From assembly GCA_963668315.1 (NCBI GenBank), contig OY764216.1, forward strand, positions 2,048,001 to 2,112,000: a stretch of 64,000 bases of DNA. The letters run 5' to 3'. Below are positions 27,792 through 36,917 of the stretch, piece by piece. Each line of letters opens with the position of its first letter. Position 1 is the first letter of the stretch. Below the pieces are notes generated by a model, which saw nothing but the letters and a program-made list of their open reading frames with translations, was not told the origin of the DNA and ran no database searches. Source of the stretch: Spirochaetia bacterium. GTDB taxonomy: Bacteria; Spirochaetota; Spirochaetia; DSM-2461. The position numbers and the translations under genes are program-made.

Positions 27792-28452
27792 TCACCCCCG
27801 TATAGAACAATAGAAGCGCGGCTCCCCCGAATATCCGGGCCGGCTTATCATGCAGGAACAGGGTCGCCGGAGAAAGAACGATACAGAGGGCCCTGTAAGA
27901 CGAAGGGAGCACTTGGCTCAGAACCGGCGGAACGATCAAAAGGGAGGTCAGCTTCGCCAGGGTGAGGCCCTGAACTCTGTTTTTTCCCCATCGGGCCATG
28001 ACGGTTGTGATAAAAGGGCCCAGAAGGGAGGAACCCCAGAAGGGGAGCGGACTCTCCCCGAGGGAATCGTAGAGTAAGCCGTCGCCCAGCCAGAGCAGGG
28101 TATTTATGGAAAATCCCGCTGCCAGGCTCAGAAAAAGCCGGCTGTCCAGAAGGGCCTTTTTCCCCGGAGGCGTGACCTGCAGCTGGGGAACCAATCCCTT
28201 TTCCTTTTCATCAAGAATCAGAAAACCGGTTATCCAGCCGGCCATCACTCCTCCGAACAGGGGGAGAATCCTTCTCAGAAGTCCGCCTGTTTTCAGACTG
28301 TCCGTTTCGAAGGGCAGATAGCGGAGAGGATCGCACATATGAAAAAGCTTCACCGCGGCGGCCAGGAGAAGGGGCAGAACCAGGATGAGCATCAGGAGGG
28401 TGTCCCGGGAGAGAAGCTTGAGATCTTTGCGGATTAGGGCGGTATTAATCAT
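27775..28452 (-). CDS. ABC-2 type exporter permease (fluoroquinolone-export-like)
   Basis: GFLILDEKEKG...LQVTP, NRVQGL..AK. Confidence 0.8.
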   Translation of the reverse strand: MINTALIRKDLKLLSRDTLLMLILVLPLLLAAAVKLFHMCDPLRYLPFETDSLKTGGLLRRILPLFGGVMAGWITGFLILDEKEKGLVPQLQVTPPGKKALLDSRLFLSLAAGFSINTLLWLGDGLLYDSLGESPLPFWGSSLLGPFITTVMARWGKNRVQGLTLAKLTSLLIVPPVLSQVLPSSYRALCIVLSPATLFLHDKPARIFGGAALLLFYTGVIRKRA

Positions 28453-29194
28453 GGAGTCGCCTCCGGTGCTGGGGGGATTTGTCCCTGCGCGCCCCTCCGA
28501 GAAGCTTTCCTATGTCCCTTCGGCAGAGAGAAAAGAGAAGGGCCGTCTCGGCCAGACTTATCAATCCCGTGGTGAACAGATCCCGGGGAGAGTAAATTTC
28601 CGGCGCGGCTGTTCCCAGGGCCAGGCGGAAAAACTGGAGGGCGCTTCTCGTGGGGAGGTAGACGGGAAAGGTCCTGAAGGGCAGGAGTTCCAGAAAGGGA
28701 AGGAAAAAGAGGGTCATCATTAATCCTCCGAGAATAAGAAAGGAGATCACGTCTTTGAAGCGGAGGGACAGGGCTATGCCTGCCAGGGTAAAGAAGGGCG
28801 CGGAGAGGACGAGTCCCGGAACAAGCCAGAAGAACCGGAGGTCCGGGGCAGCGGAGGAGACAAGAATAACCAGGCTGAGGAGAAGGGAAAGGCCCAGGAA
28901 CGAGAGTACGCGGCTCATAAGGTAGGTCTCCACCTTCAGCGGGGTAATAAAGAGGGAAGGGAGAATCTCCCTTTCGGTATACAGAATAACTCCGGAGAAG
29001 AAAAATCCCAGAACGGTCGGATCGGAAAGGAGGAGGAGGGTGGCGGTAATTCTTCTGGCGGAAAGGGGAAGGAGCCGGAGCAGAAGTATGAACAGAGAGG
29101 CAAAAAACAGATAAAGGAAGTAGATCCCCTGCTGTCCCTGAAATCTGATGTCCTGACGGATAAAGGCGGACAACTGGCCTGTCGAAACCTTCAC
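28445..29194 (-). CDS. ABC-2 type exporter permease (fluoroquinolone-export-like)
   Basis: DIRFQ..QG.Y, SDP..LGFFF.G, SLFITPL...YL. Confidence 0.82.
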   Translation of the reverse strand: MKVSTGQLSAFIRQDIRFQGQQGIYFLYLFFASLFILLLRLLPLSARRITATLLLLSDPTVLGFFFSGVILYTEREILPSLFITPLKVETYLMSRVLSFLGLSLLLSLVILVSSAAPDLRFFWLVPGLVLSAPFFTLAGIALSLRFKDVISFLILGGLMMTLFFLPFLELLPFRTFPVYLPTRSALQFFRLALGTAAPEIYSPRDLFTTGLISLAETALLFSLCRRDIGKLLGGARRDKSPQHRRRLHD

Positions 29195-30060
29195 TATTCC
29201 GCCTCGGAGCTAAGGGAGCGTCCGGTCACTTCAATGAACGTCTCTTCCAGAGTCGTCTCTCTGCTGTGAACGGCGGCCACGGTTCCCGATTCCATGAGAG
29301 TCGTAAACCGTTCGTTTTTGTGAAAATCTTTGAAAGGCAGTCTCTCTTCGCGGTAGCCCCCCGAAGCCCGGCAGGTCAGGACTAGCTCCTTTTCGTTTTT
29401 TCTGTTGCGGATATTAATCGGTTCGTCGCACAGGGCAATCTTTCCGTCGTTCAGAAACGCCACCCTGTCGCACAGCTGGTCGGCGGTCTCCATGTTGTGG
29501 GTGGTCAGGAAAATCGTTTTGCCCCTCTCCCGCTGTTCGCTGATAATATCTCTGACTTTCCTGGCCAGGGCGGGATCTAGCCCCGAGGTCGGCTCGTCCA
29601 GAAAAAGAATCTCCGGGTCATGAACCAGAGCCCGGCAGAGATTGAGGCGGACTATCATGCCCTTCGAGTAGGTCTCGGTCTTTCTGTCCGCCCCTTCTGA
29701 AAGATCCACCGAAGCAAGAAGGGAATCTATCTCAGGTGCGGAGACTCCGTACAAACGGGCGAAGAAGGCGAGGTTCTCCCGGCCCGTCAGCTTGCCGTAG
29801 AAGCGGGGAACATCGAAGGCGACGCCCAGGCGGCTGTAGAATCCCGGTTCACGGGGATTCATCGGCCTCCCGTCGTAGAGTATCCGGCCGCCGTAACCGG
29901 TGAGGAGACCCATGAGAATTTTCTGGGTCGTGCTTTTTCCCGCGCCCGAAGGACCGAGAAATCCGAATACCGTACCTTTCGGAAGGGAAAAATCCAGTCC
30001 CTTGAGCACGGGAGTATCCGAACCGACGTAGGTATAGGTCAAACCGCTTACGTCTATCAT
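29194..30060 (-). CDS. ABC exporter ATP-binding protein
   Basis: Walker A GPSGAGKS, signature YSKGM, Walker B FLDEPT; start 30060 overlaps the tetR stop (ATGA). Confidence 0.95.
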   Translation of the reverse strand: MIDVSGLTYTYVGSDTPVLKGLDFSLPKGTVFGFLGPSGAGKSTTQKILMGLLTGYGGRILYDGRPMNPREPGFYSRLGVAFDVPRFYGKLTGRENLAFFARLYGVSAPEIDSLLASVDLSEGADRKTETYSKGMIVRLNLCRALVHDPEILFLDEPTSGLDPALARKVRDIISEQRERGKTIFLTTHNMETADQLCDRVAFLNDGKIALCDEPINIRNRKNEKELVLTCRASGGYREERLPFKDFHKNERFTTLMESGTVAAVHSRETTLEETFIEVTGRSLSSEAE

Positions 30061-30653
30061 GGCAGCAGCCCCCTTGTAAGAATACCCGCCAGCTGTCCGG
30101 CATAGCGGGAGAAATCGGTACTGATCGTGTCCCTGTGCTCGGAAAGGAAGAAGAGACTGCGGAAAAGAGAAGCCAGATCCTCGGCCGTGCAGCGGCATTC
30201 TCCTCCCAATTCACTGATTTTCCCGAGGACCCGCTTCATCCTGCGGGTATCTTCCCCATTCATAAGCTCTTTTTCCTCATCGGCCAGAACGGACATGATT
30301 CTTTCCTTCGAAGGGGTTTCAAACCACGCCCGCAGCAGGGGAAAGCGGGAGAAGGCATTAAGGGCCAGGTCCATTAGACCGGAGAGAAGTTCTTCCGGGG
30401 TTGAGGCCCCATCTATCAGGGGGCCGATGACTTTTTCGTCAATCTCTCCTTCAAGATCGGCCAGACAGGCGATAAAGAGGGTTTCCTTATTGGGAAAAAA
30501 ACGGTAGAAGCTGCCCTTGGCTATTCCGCAGGCGTTCACAATTTTATCCAGGGACGTCTTGTCGTAACCGAAGCGGGCAAAGAGTGCGCTTCCTTCTCGG
30601 ATCAGTTTAAATGCTATTTCTTCTTTTTCTTTTTCCGTAAAACCCCGCGGCAT
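30057..30653 (-). CDS. TetR/AcrR family regulator
   Basis: F...GYDKTS...I...GIAKGSFY.FF.NKE.LF HTH. Confidence 0.93.
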   Translation of the reverse strand: MPRGFTEKEKEEIAFKLIREGSALFARFGYDKTSLDKIVNACGIAKGSFYRFFPNKETLFIACLADLEGEIDEKVIGPLIDGASTPEELLSGLMDLALNAFSRFPLLRAWFETPSKERIMSVLADEEKELMNGEDTRRMKRVLGKISELGGECRCTAEDLASLFRSLFFLSEHRDTISTDFSRYAGQLAGILTRGLLP

Positions 30654-30666
30654 GATCCTTTCCTTG

Positions 30667-30718
30667 TGACTATATGACTAATATAGTAAATATAGTCATT
30701 AAATAGAAGAATTGTCAA
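30667..30718 (-). promoter_or_regulatory. Promoter with overlapping inverted-repeat operator (TetR autoregulation)
   Basis: TTGACA-18-TATATT; inverted repeats TGACTATAT/ATATAGTCA and ATGACTA/TAGTCAT overlap the -10 and start site. Confidence 0.65.
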
Positions 30719-30812
30719 GCTTCCGGGATGGAAACAGTACTTTCGTACGGTGCGGCTGAGAGTTTTGCCTTCTATAATTGACCCGCATAAATGCGAAAGA
30801 AGGAGATATGAA

Positions 30813-31166
30813 ATGAAAAGAATTATGACGGGCCTATTGATTTTACTGCTGCCTTTAGTTTTTGCGGGATGTCCCAGTCCGGGAGGAAGCAGCGCATCTG
30901 GTACAGAATATTCTAAACTGGTTGTAGTTAACGATACCGATTATACGGGACTTTCCGTATATATGCGTGCTCCCGGCACTTCCGATTGGGGACCGAACTT
31001 GCTTTACCAATGCTATGATGATGGCCGTATCCCGGCCCATAGTTCCTGCGTCATTGAGAATATAGAATTCGGGACCTATGATCTGCACGCCTATATTTTC
31101 GGTAATTTTTACAGATATAATGTTACCTTTGACAATGAGGCGGGAATGGAGTGGGGATTCTACTGA
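30813..31166 (+). CDS. Small hypothetical lipoprotein
   Basis: AGGAG RBS; lipobox VFAGC; V.N.T..V...WG.NLL pattern. Confidence 0.8.
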   Translation: MKRIMTGLLILLLPLVFAGCPSPGGSSASGTEYSKLVVVNDTDYTGLSVYMRAPGTSDWGPNLLYQCYDDGRIPAHSSCVIENIEFGTYDLHAYIFGNFYRYNVTFDNEAGMEWGFY

Positions 31167-31203
31167 TCATCATTCATTCCGCTCAATTACTGCGTCCTCC
31201 AGT

Positions 31204-31797
31204 TCAGAGGCCAGCCTGAGAATCTGATGGGGAATCCGATTCTCGGGCTGCAAGCCTGTCGAATACGGTGGTGTATCCGACTCTCGAGATAAGCTCTATT
31301 ACTCTTTTCCCATTGACTTCCGCCGATGTTCTGAATGTGTCAATCTCCAGATCATAGGGGCTCCAGCTGTGTATTCCCTCTTCTATGTGCGATCTGCCTT
31401 CCCCGATATACCGGTCTCCCCGCCTGATTTCTCTTTTGCATAGTTCATCAATCGGGCAATCGACCTTTATGAAATATACCTTGTGATCCTGTAACAGTCC
31501 TGCCAGGAAAAGGAACCAATCCTCCCGTTCTATAACATGTTCCACGATCATATTGTTGCCGCCATCGGCGAATGCCCTAATGCTCCTGTGGAATCCTTCG
31601 AAAAATCCCGGGCGGATCACGTTCCAGGAGTTGGTTTTATTGTCAACGGTTCTATCGACTTCGGGTAATATCCCGGATGCGACGAGTTTGTCCGAGGAAT
31701 AGTTAAAATACGGTTCCGGGAGCCTGGGAATGAGACTTTTGATGAATGTTGACTTTCCTGAGCTGCTTGCCCCGTTAAAGAGAAGGATTTTTGACAT
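31204..31797 (-). CDS. Chloramphenicol phosphotransferase (CPT)-like P-loop kinase
   Basis: NGASSSGKST, C...L..RE..RGDR..G, YDLEIDT. Confidence 0.85.
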   Translation of the reverse strand: MSKILLFNGASSSGKSTFIKSLIPRLPEPYFNYSSDKLVASGILPEVDRTVDNKTNSWNVIRPGFFEGFHRSIRAFADGGNNMIVEHVIEREDWFLFLAGLLQDHKVYFIKVDCPIDELCKREIRRGDRYIGEGRSHIEEGIHSWSPYDLEIDTFRTSAEVNGKRVIELISRVGYTTVFDRLAARESDSPSDSQAGL

Positions 31798-32163
31798 TTA
31801 TTGCCGCTCCATAGGTTTCGGTTCAGTTAAAAGGGTTGATGTTTCTTTAATGATTTCTAGGGCCCTTTCTCTGTCTTTGTGAACCGTTACCAATTTGTGA
31901 TCTCCATCACCTCTGACAAAGACACCGATAACCGTTACAGGCACCTCATCGCCGAGCTCATAATCTTCTTCCGTCATCACTATGGCATCTAAATGAGGAT
32001 CGGGTGGAGTCCCCGATTCTTTAATCCAGCCGTAGGGCTGCTGAAAATCCCTAACGTATGAAAGGCTGGGACAATCTTTTTCAATGAATGAATCGGTTTC
32101 TGGAATATATTTCATTCTCTTCGGATACTGATTCGTTTGCTCAATTATCACTGTGAATCTCAT
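31798..32163 (-). CDS. Short family-I-like inorganic pyrophosphatase, probably internally deleted
   Basis: PYGWI..SGT...HLD.IV, V.VIGVF.R.DGDHKLV; only 121 aa. Confidence 0.65.
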   Translation of the reverse strand: MRFTVIIEQTNQYPKRMKYIPETDSFIEKDCPSLSYVRDFQQPYGWIKESGTPPDPHLDAIVMTEEDYELGDEVPVTVIGVFVRGDGDHKLVTVHKDRERALEIIKETSTLLTEPKPMERQ

Positions 32164-32182
32164 GCTGTCCTTTCTCGCCTCG

Positions 32183-33514
32183 TCAGTTCAGTTGGGATAA
32201 TAATTTTTCCAGCGCGGCCCTGTCATCAAGTCGGGTAAAAAGCTTCTCCGAGGCTCTCTGGTTCGCCTGGTCAACGCTAAGCCCCCCGTCTTTGTATTCG
32301 CCGCTGGACCAGAGGGACACTTCTCCCTCATCGGTTACATGGGAAAGAAAAAGCGTCGCGTAACTGATGATCATCCCGTAATCATTGGCGGGAGCCTGGC
32401 GGAAAGAGAGGCGGGCCAGCAGATAGGGGCGACTGCTTTCACCTGTCAGGGGCGCCGTCTCCACAACGTCCAGATCATTGAGGAAGGAAAGGAGCCGGCT
32501 GGGGATATCGCTGTTTTCCCAGGAAGATTCCACCAGTACGGGCAGTACATAGGATTTGACGAGGGCGGTCTGCCGTACCGAGGGAAGACGATAGCCCACC
32601 GTATCCGTGAGGGGGCCCTCCCCGAAGGGAGACGCCATGGTCAGGGTATAGTCGGCGGAACCCGGTTCTGAACTGTCGGTAAATTCCAGGGAGAAGCGGC
32701 CGTCCCTTTCCGTCCGGAAGCGGCGGATTTCCCTGTCCGTCCTGTCTCTGAGAACCAGAGTCACATCGCCGGGGTTCTCGTAGGAGGCTTTCCCGTCGGA
32801 GGCGGTATTTTTCACTCGGCCCGCCAGGGAAACAGGTCTGCCCCTGGTAATTTCTCCGGGAAGATTTTCCCATTCCAGGGCCATTTCTCCCAGAAGTTTC
32901 TCCGCTCTCAGAGTCAGAAGGGCATCCACCGATCCGTATTGCCCGAAAAGTTCCGCTTTGATGGGTTCTCCGCTGTAGAGGCGGGAGAAGGATTCCATCG
33001 CCCGGCCTATCACTTTCAGCTCCGTCAGGCTGTCGGGAAAGGTATCATTGAAGAGTTCCGCGGTCAGCGCCCTCATCTCATCGGCTCTCTCTTCAACGAG
33101 CCTGTCCCACTCCTCTCTGCTGAGCCTCAGGTATACCCAGTAGCCCAGATCGTCCGAGTAATAGGTATCCACCGTTTCTATCCGGGCCAGGTTGGATGAA
33201 ACGCTTGTCTCTATACTGCTTTCGTAGGATGAACGGACTCTCTCTCCGTCCTCCGATTCGGTCAGTTCGGAAGAAGCGCTTACTTCGGTATAGATGGAGC
33301 CGGCCAGATTCTGCAGGGCCTTCTGGTAGGCCGTGTCGCGGTCCTTGCTCTCCTTTCCCGTGCGGGATCCGCTGATTCCGATGTAGTAGTCACTATTGTT
33401 CCCGGGTGCTTCTGTCATCCACCGGGGAGGGGAGGTCCGGGACGCATCCGTGCTCAGGCAGGCGCAGAGGGAGAGAGTAATAATCGGTATAAACGAAAAG
33501 AGGACTTTATTCAC
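32183..33514 (-). CDS. LPP20-family lipoprotein
   Basis: Lipobox LCAC; P.W...P....YYIG, A...AL.NLA..I...V. Confidence 0.8.
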   Translation of the reverse strand: MNKVLFSFIPIITLSLCACLSTDASRTSPPRWMTEAPGNNSDYYIGISGSRTGKESKDRDTAYQKALQNLAGSIYTEVSASSELTESEDGERVRSSYESSIETSVSSNLARIETVDTYYSDDLGYWVYLRLSREEWDRLVEERADEMRALTAELFNDTFPDSLTELKVIGRAMESFSRLYSGEPIKAELFGQYGSVDALLTLRAEKLLGEMALEWENLPGEITRGRPVSLAGRVKNTASDGKASYENPGDVTLVLRDRTDREIRRFRTERDGRFSLEFTDSSEPGSADYTLTMASPFGEGPLTDTVGYRLPSVRQTALVKSYVLPVLVESSWENSDIPSRLLSFLNDLDVVETAPLTGESSRPYLLARLSFRQAPANDYGMIISYATLFLSHVTDEGEVSLWSSGEYKDGGLSVDQANQRASEKLFTRLDDRAALEKLLSQLN

Positions 33515-34641
33515 TGGTCAGCTCCTTTTTCCATTGTACACCCGATTTCCCCGAATATCTCTTTCAATGTCTCGATAAGGAAGTTTTCCTCCTCTTCCAG
33601 TATTTCCACCAGGCGGAACTGATTAAGGCAGCGGTCCCTGTTATGGTCGGGACGGCTGATTTTAAAGTATGTATCCCCGTTCAGGTAGTCCGTAAGAAAA
33701 CGTATGCCCATGATAAAGGCCATGGTTTTTCCCGAGAGGTAGAGGGTGTCCCGTTCCTCCCGGGTCAGGACCGCTCCCGTCTCTTCCAGAAATCCCCGGG
33801 CCAGCTCCCGGAAGAATCCCGCTTTGAAACCCAGCCGTGATAGATCCCTTTCGTCCTCCCCGGCCCCTGATACCGATGTGCGTACCATATCGCCGAAGTC
33901 AAAATGGATATAACCGGGCATGACCGTATCCAGATCGACCACGCAGAGGGCTTTATCCTCTTCGTCGAGGAGGACATTGTTGAATTTGGTGTCGTTGTGG
34001 GTGACACGCAGGGGAAGAAGCCCCCTGTCGCCCATCAGGCTGATCCGGCTCATCTCTTCGGACCGGGCGAAGGCAAAGGCTATTTCCCTTTCCATGGTCC
34101 CGGCCCGTCCCGCCTTGTCCCGCCGAACCCCTTCCTCCAGCGCCTGAAGGCGGGAGGGCATATGGTGAAACAGGGGGATGGTTTCGTGCAGCCTGTCCCC
34201 CGGAAGATCGGAGAGAAGGCGCTGGAAACGGCCGAAGGCCCGTCCTCCCTCCCGGGCGGCAGCCGGACTGGGTGCCCTATCGTAGCTGCGGGAGGGCCGG
34301 ATGTACAGGTAGAGGCGCCAGTAATCACCCCCGCTGTCACTGTGGTAATAGCCGTTCCGGCCAAGGGCTGGAACGGGCGTCAGTATCGGGGACGTCCTTT
34401 TCCCGCTATCCGCGGAGGCGGCTGCCATATGGTCTGTGACCTGGACGATGTTCTCCATTACCTTTTCCGGTTCGGCAAAAACCTCTTTATTGATTTTCTG
34501 GAGAATATAATCCGGTTCGTCCCCTTCTTGGGTTCTGACAAGGAAGGTGTCGTTTATATGGCCTCCTCCGTGGGGAGAGGCGTCTCTGAAGGTCCCGCGA
34601 TGGGCAAAGGTCTGGAATATTTCTTCTTTGGCAGAGGGCAT
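33511..34641 (-). CDS. APH/choline-kinase-fold sugar kinase (N-acetylhexosamine 1-kinase-like)
   Basis: GGHINDTF, YILQKIN, ETIP.FH, THNDTKFNN, DLDTVMPG, DFGD, RFLTDYL.GD.YFK. Confidence 0.88.
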   Translation of the reverse strand: MPSAKEEIFQTFAHRGTFRDASPHGGGHINDTFLVRTQEGDEPDYILQKINKEVFAEPEKVMENIVQVTDHMAAASADSGKRTSPILTPVPALGRNGYYHSDSGGDYWRLYLYIRPSRSYDRAPSPAAAREGGRAFGRFQRLLSDLPGDRLHETIPLFHHMPSRLQALEEGVRRDKAGRAGTMEREIAFAFARSEEMSRISLMGDRGLLPLRVTHNDTKFNNVLLDEEDKALCVVDLDTVMPGYIHFDFGDMVRTSVSGAGEDERDLSRLGFKAGFFRELARGFLEETGAVLTREERDTLYLSGKTMAFIMGIRFLTDYLNGDTYFKISRPDHNRDRCLNQFRLVEILEEEENFLIETLKEIFGEIGCTMEKGADQ

Positions 34642-34717
34642 GGGCGCTCCTTTTGGCAGCTTGCTCAATTATGATCATTCCCCAATCGGAAAGGAAGGTC
34701 AAGATGTTGATCCACGA

Positions 34718-34746
34718 TTGATCATTCCTTTTTTTTGGATTATACT
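34718..34746 (+). promoter_or_regulatory. Sigma70-like promoter of metG (leaderless architecture)
   Basis: TTGATC-17-TATACT, ending 8 nt before the ATG; no SD sequence. Confidence 0.65.
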
Positions 34747-34754
34747 GACTCTCT

Positions 34755-36917
34755 ATGAAAAAGAGATTAGTAACTTCCGCTCTGCCCTACGTAAATAACA
34801 TTCCCCACCTGGGGAATTTGATCCAGGTTCTCTCCGCCGATGTATTCGCCCGTTTCTGCCGTCAGTACGGTTATGAAACCCTCTATGTGTGCGGAACCGA
34901 CGAATACGGTACGGCCACCGAAACGAGAGCCCTTCAGGAGGGCGTTTCCCCCCGGGAACTCTGCGACCACTACCATAAGATCCACACGGAGATCTACCAA
35001 TGGTTCGGAGTCGAGTTCGACGAGTGGGGGAGGACAAGCACCCCCCAGCAGACGGAAATTGTTCAGCATATATTCAGGAAATGCGACGAAGCCGGTTATG
35101 TGCGCGAGCAGAACATCGAGCAGCTTTTCTGCGAGAGCTGCGACAGGTTTCTCGCCGACCGCTACGTCCACGGCGAATGCCCCCACTGCGGCTATACCGA
35201 TGCCCGGGGCGACCAGTGCGAGGACTGCGGCAAACTCCTCGATCCCACGGAGCTGGTTAACCCCCGCTGCGGAACCTGCGGAGCCACTCCCGTTGTCAAA
35301 AGCACCAAACATCTCTACATAGACCTTCCCAAGGCCCTTCCCAAACTGAAGGAGTGGATGGAGAAGGCCAGTATCGACGGGTTCTGGGCCAAGAACGCCG
35401 TAAAAATGACCGAAAGCTGGATACGGGACGGTCTCAAAGAACGGTGCATCACCCGGGACCTCAAATGGGGTATTCCCGTTCCCAAGGAAGGATACGAGGG
35501 CAAGGTTTTCTACGTCTGGTTCGACGCGCCCATCGGTTACATCTCCATTACCATGTGCCACACCGACGAATGGGAGAAGTGGTGGCGCGATCCGGATAAC
35601 ACGGAGCTCTTCCAGTTCATCGGAAAGGACAATATTCCCTTCCATACGGTTATCTTTCCCTCCAGCCTTCTCGCTTCCGGGGAAAAATGGACCATGCTCC
35701 ATCACATGAGCAGTTCCGAATACCTGAACTACGAGGATACGAAATTCTCCAAGAGCAAGGGCATCGGCGTCTTCGGCAACGACTGCAAGGACACGGGGAT
35801 TCCCGCCGACGTCTGGCGCTTTTATATTTACTACAACCGCCCCGAAACATCCGACTTCAAATTCACCTGGAAGGATTTTCAGGAGAAGGTGAATTCCGAG
35901 CTGATCGGCAACCTGGGAAATCTGGTCAACAGAACGCTGACTTTCCTGAGCCGCTTCTATGACGGCAAGCTCCCCGAAGGGAAGAAGGACGAGGCTTTCT
36001 GGGCCGAAATCGCCAAACGGGAAAAAGCCGTTACGGAGAAGCTTGACCGGGCGGAGCTCAGGGACGGCCTCAAGGAGATACTGGCCCTTTCCGGATACGG
36101 CAACAAGTGCTTTCAGGACGGCGAGCCCTGGAGAACCAAAAACGACGATCCCCAGGCGGCGGCGGATCTGCTCTATAACCTGGCCTACCTCGTCAGAGAC
36201 CTGGCCATTCTCATCAGACCCTATCTGCCCGCTACGAGCGACAGCATCTCCGGTTTTCTGGGATGGGACGATTTTGACTGGAAATGCCTGGGGAATCTTT
36301 CCGGCCTTTCCGCATTCTCCAAGCCCAAACTGCTTTTCAAACAGCTGGAAGATGAGCATATCGAAGAACTGAAGATCAAATACGCCGGTTCCCAGGCCGA
36401 AAGACAGGAAGCGGCGAAAGAAGAGACTCTGGAAGATCAGTTCGCCGCGGAGATCGATATCCGGGCGGCGAAGATTACTTCCGTAGAGCAGCATCCCGAT
36501 GCGGAAAAGCTTTATGTTATTACCCTCGATTGCGGCGAGACGGAAGACCGGACCATCTGTTCAGGCCTGGTCAGTCACTATACGAGGGATGAACTCAGCG
36601 GTAAAACGATTCTCCTCGTATCCAACCTCAAGCCTGCCAAATTGAGGGGCATCAAGTCCAACGGTATGCTCCTGGCGGCCGAAACCGCCGATGAGAAGAC
36701 CATGGAAGTGCTTTTTGTGGACGCCGATCCGGGTACCCGCGTCTATCTGGAGGGAAAGGCCGATGCACCCGCACCGGAAAAGAAACTCAAGATCGACCGG
36801 TTTTTCGAGATTCCCGTAAAAGTAGCCGATCACAAGGTCATGTGCGGCGAAACGGCCCTGACCCTGGACGGCAAAATAATCACCGCCGAGAAAGTGGATG
36901 CCGGCTCCGTTGGCTGA
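34755..36917 (+). CDS. metG: Methionine--tRNA ligase with C-terminal tRNA-binding domain
   Basis: LPYVNNIPHLGN (HIGH), Zn knuckles, KFSKS (KMSKS), C-terminal HPDAEKLY..NLKPAKLRG..S.GMLL. Confidence 0.98.
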   Translation: MKKRLVTSALPYVNNIPHLGNLIQVLSADVFARFCRQYGYETLYVCGTDEYGTATETRALQEGVSPRELCDHYHKIHTEIYQWFGVEFDEWGRTSTPQQTEIVQHIFRKCDEAGYVREQNIEQLFCESCDRFLADRYVHGECPHCGYTDARGDQCEDCGKLLDPTELVNPRCGTCGATPVVKSTKHLYIDLPKALPKLKEWMEKASIDGFWAKNAVKMTESWIRDGLKERCITRDLKWGIPVPKEGYEGKVFYVWFDAPIGYISITMCHTDEWEKWWRDPDNTELFQFIGKDNIPFHTVIFPSSLLASGEKWTMLHHMSSSEYLNYEDTKFSKSKGIGVFGNDCKDTGIPADVWRFYIYYNRPETSDFKFTWKDFQEKVNSELIGNLGNLVNRTLTFLSRFYDGKLPEGKKDEAFWAEIAKREKAVTEKLDRAELRDGLKEILALSGYGNKCFQDGEPWRTKNDDPQAAADLLYNLAYLVRDLAILIRPYLPATSDSISGFLGWDDFDWKCLGNLSGLSAFSKPKLLFKQLEDEHIEELKIKYAGSQAERQEAAKEETLEDQFAAEIDIRAAKITSVEQHPDAEKLYVITLDCGETEDRTICSGLVSHYTRDELSGKTILLVSNLKPAKLRGIKSNGMLLAAETADEKTMEVLFVDADPGTRVYLEGKADAPAPEKKLKIDRFFEIPVKVADHKVMCGETALTLDGKIITAEKVDAGSVG

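Noticed and set aside
34767..36494. 575-aa antisense ORF (similarly 43899-45491, 57298-58773, 59207-60568, 25147-26376)
   Set aside because: These mirror well-supported genes codon for codon. Expected from GC3-rich codon bias, with no motifs or RBS.
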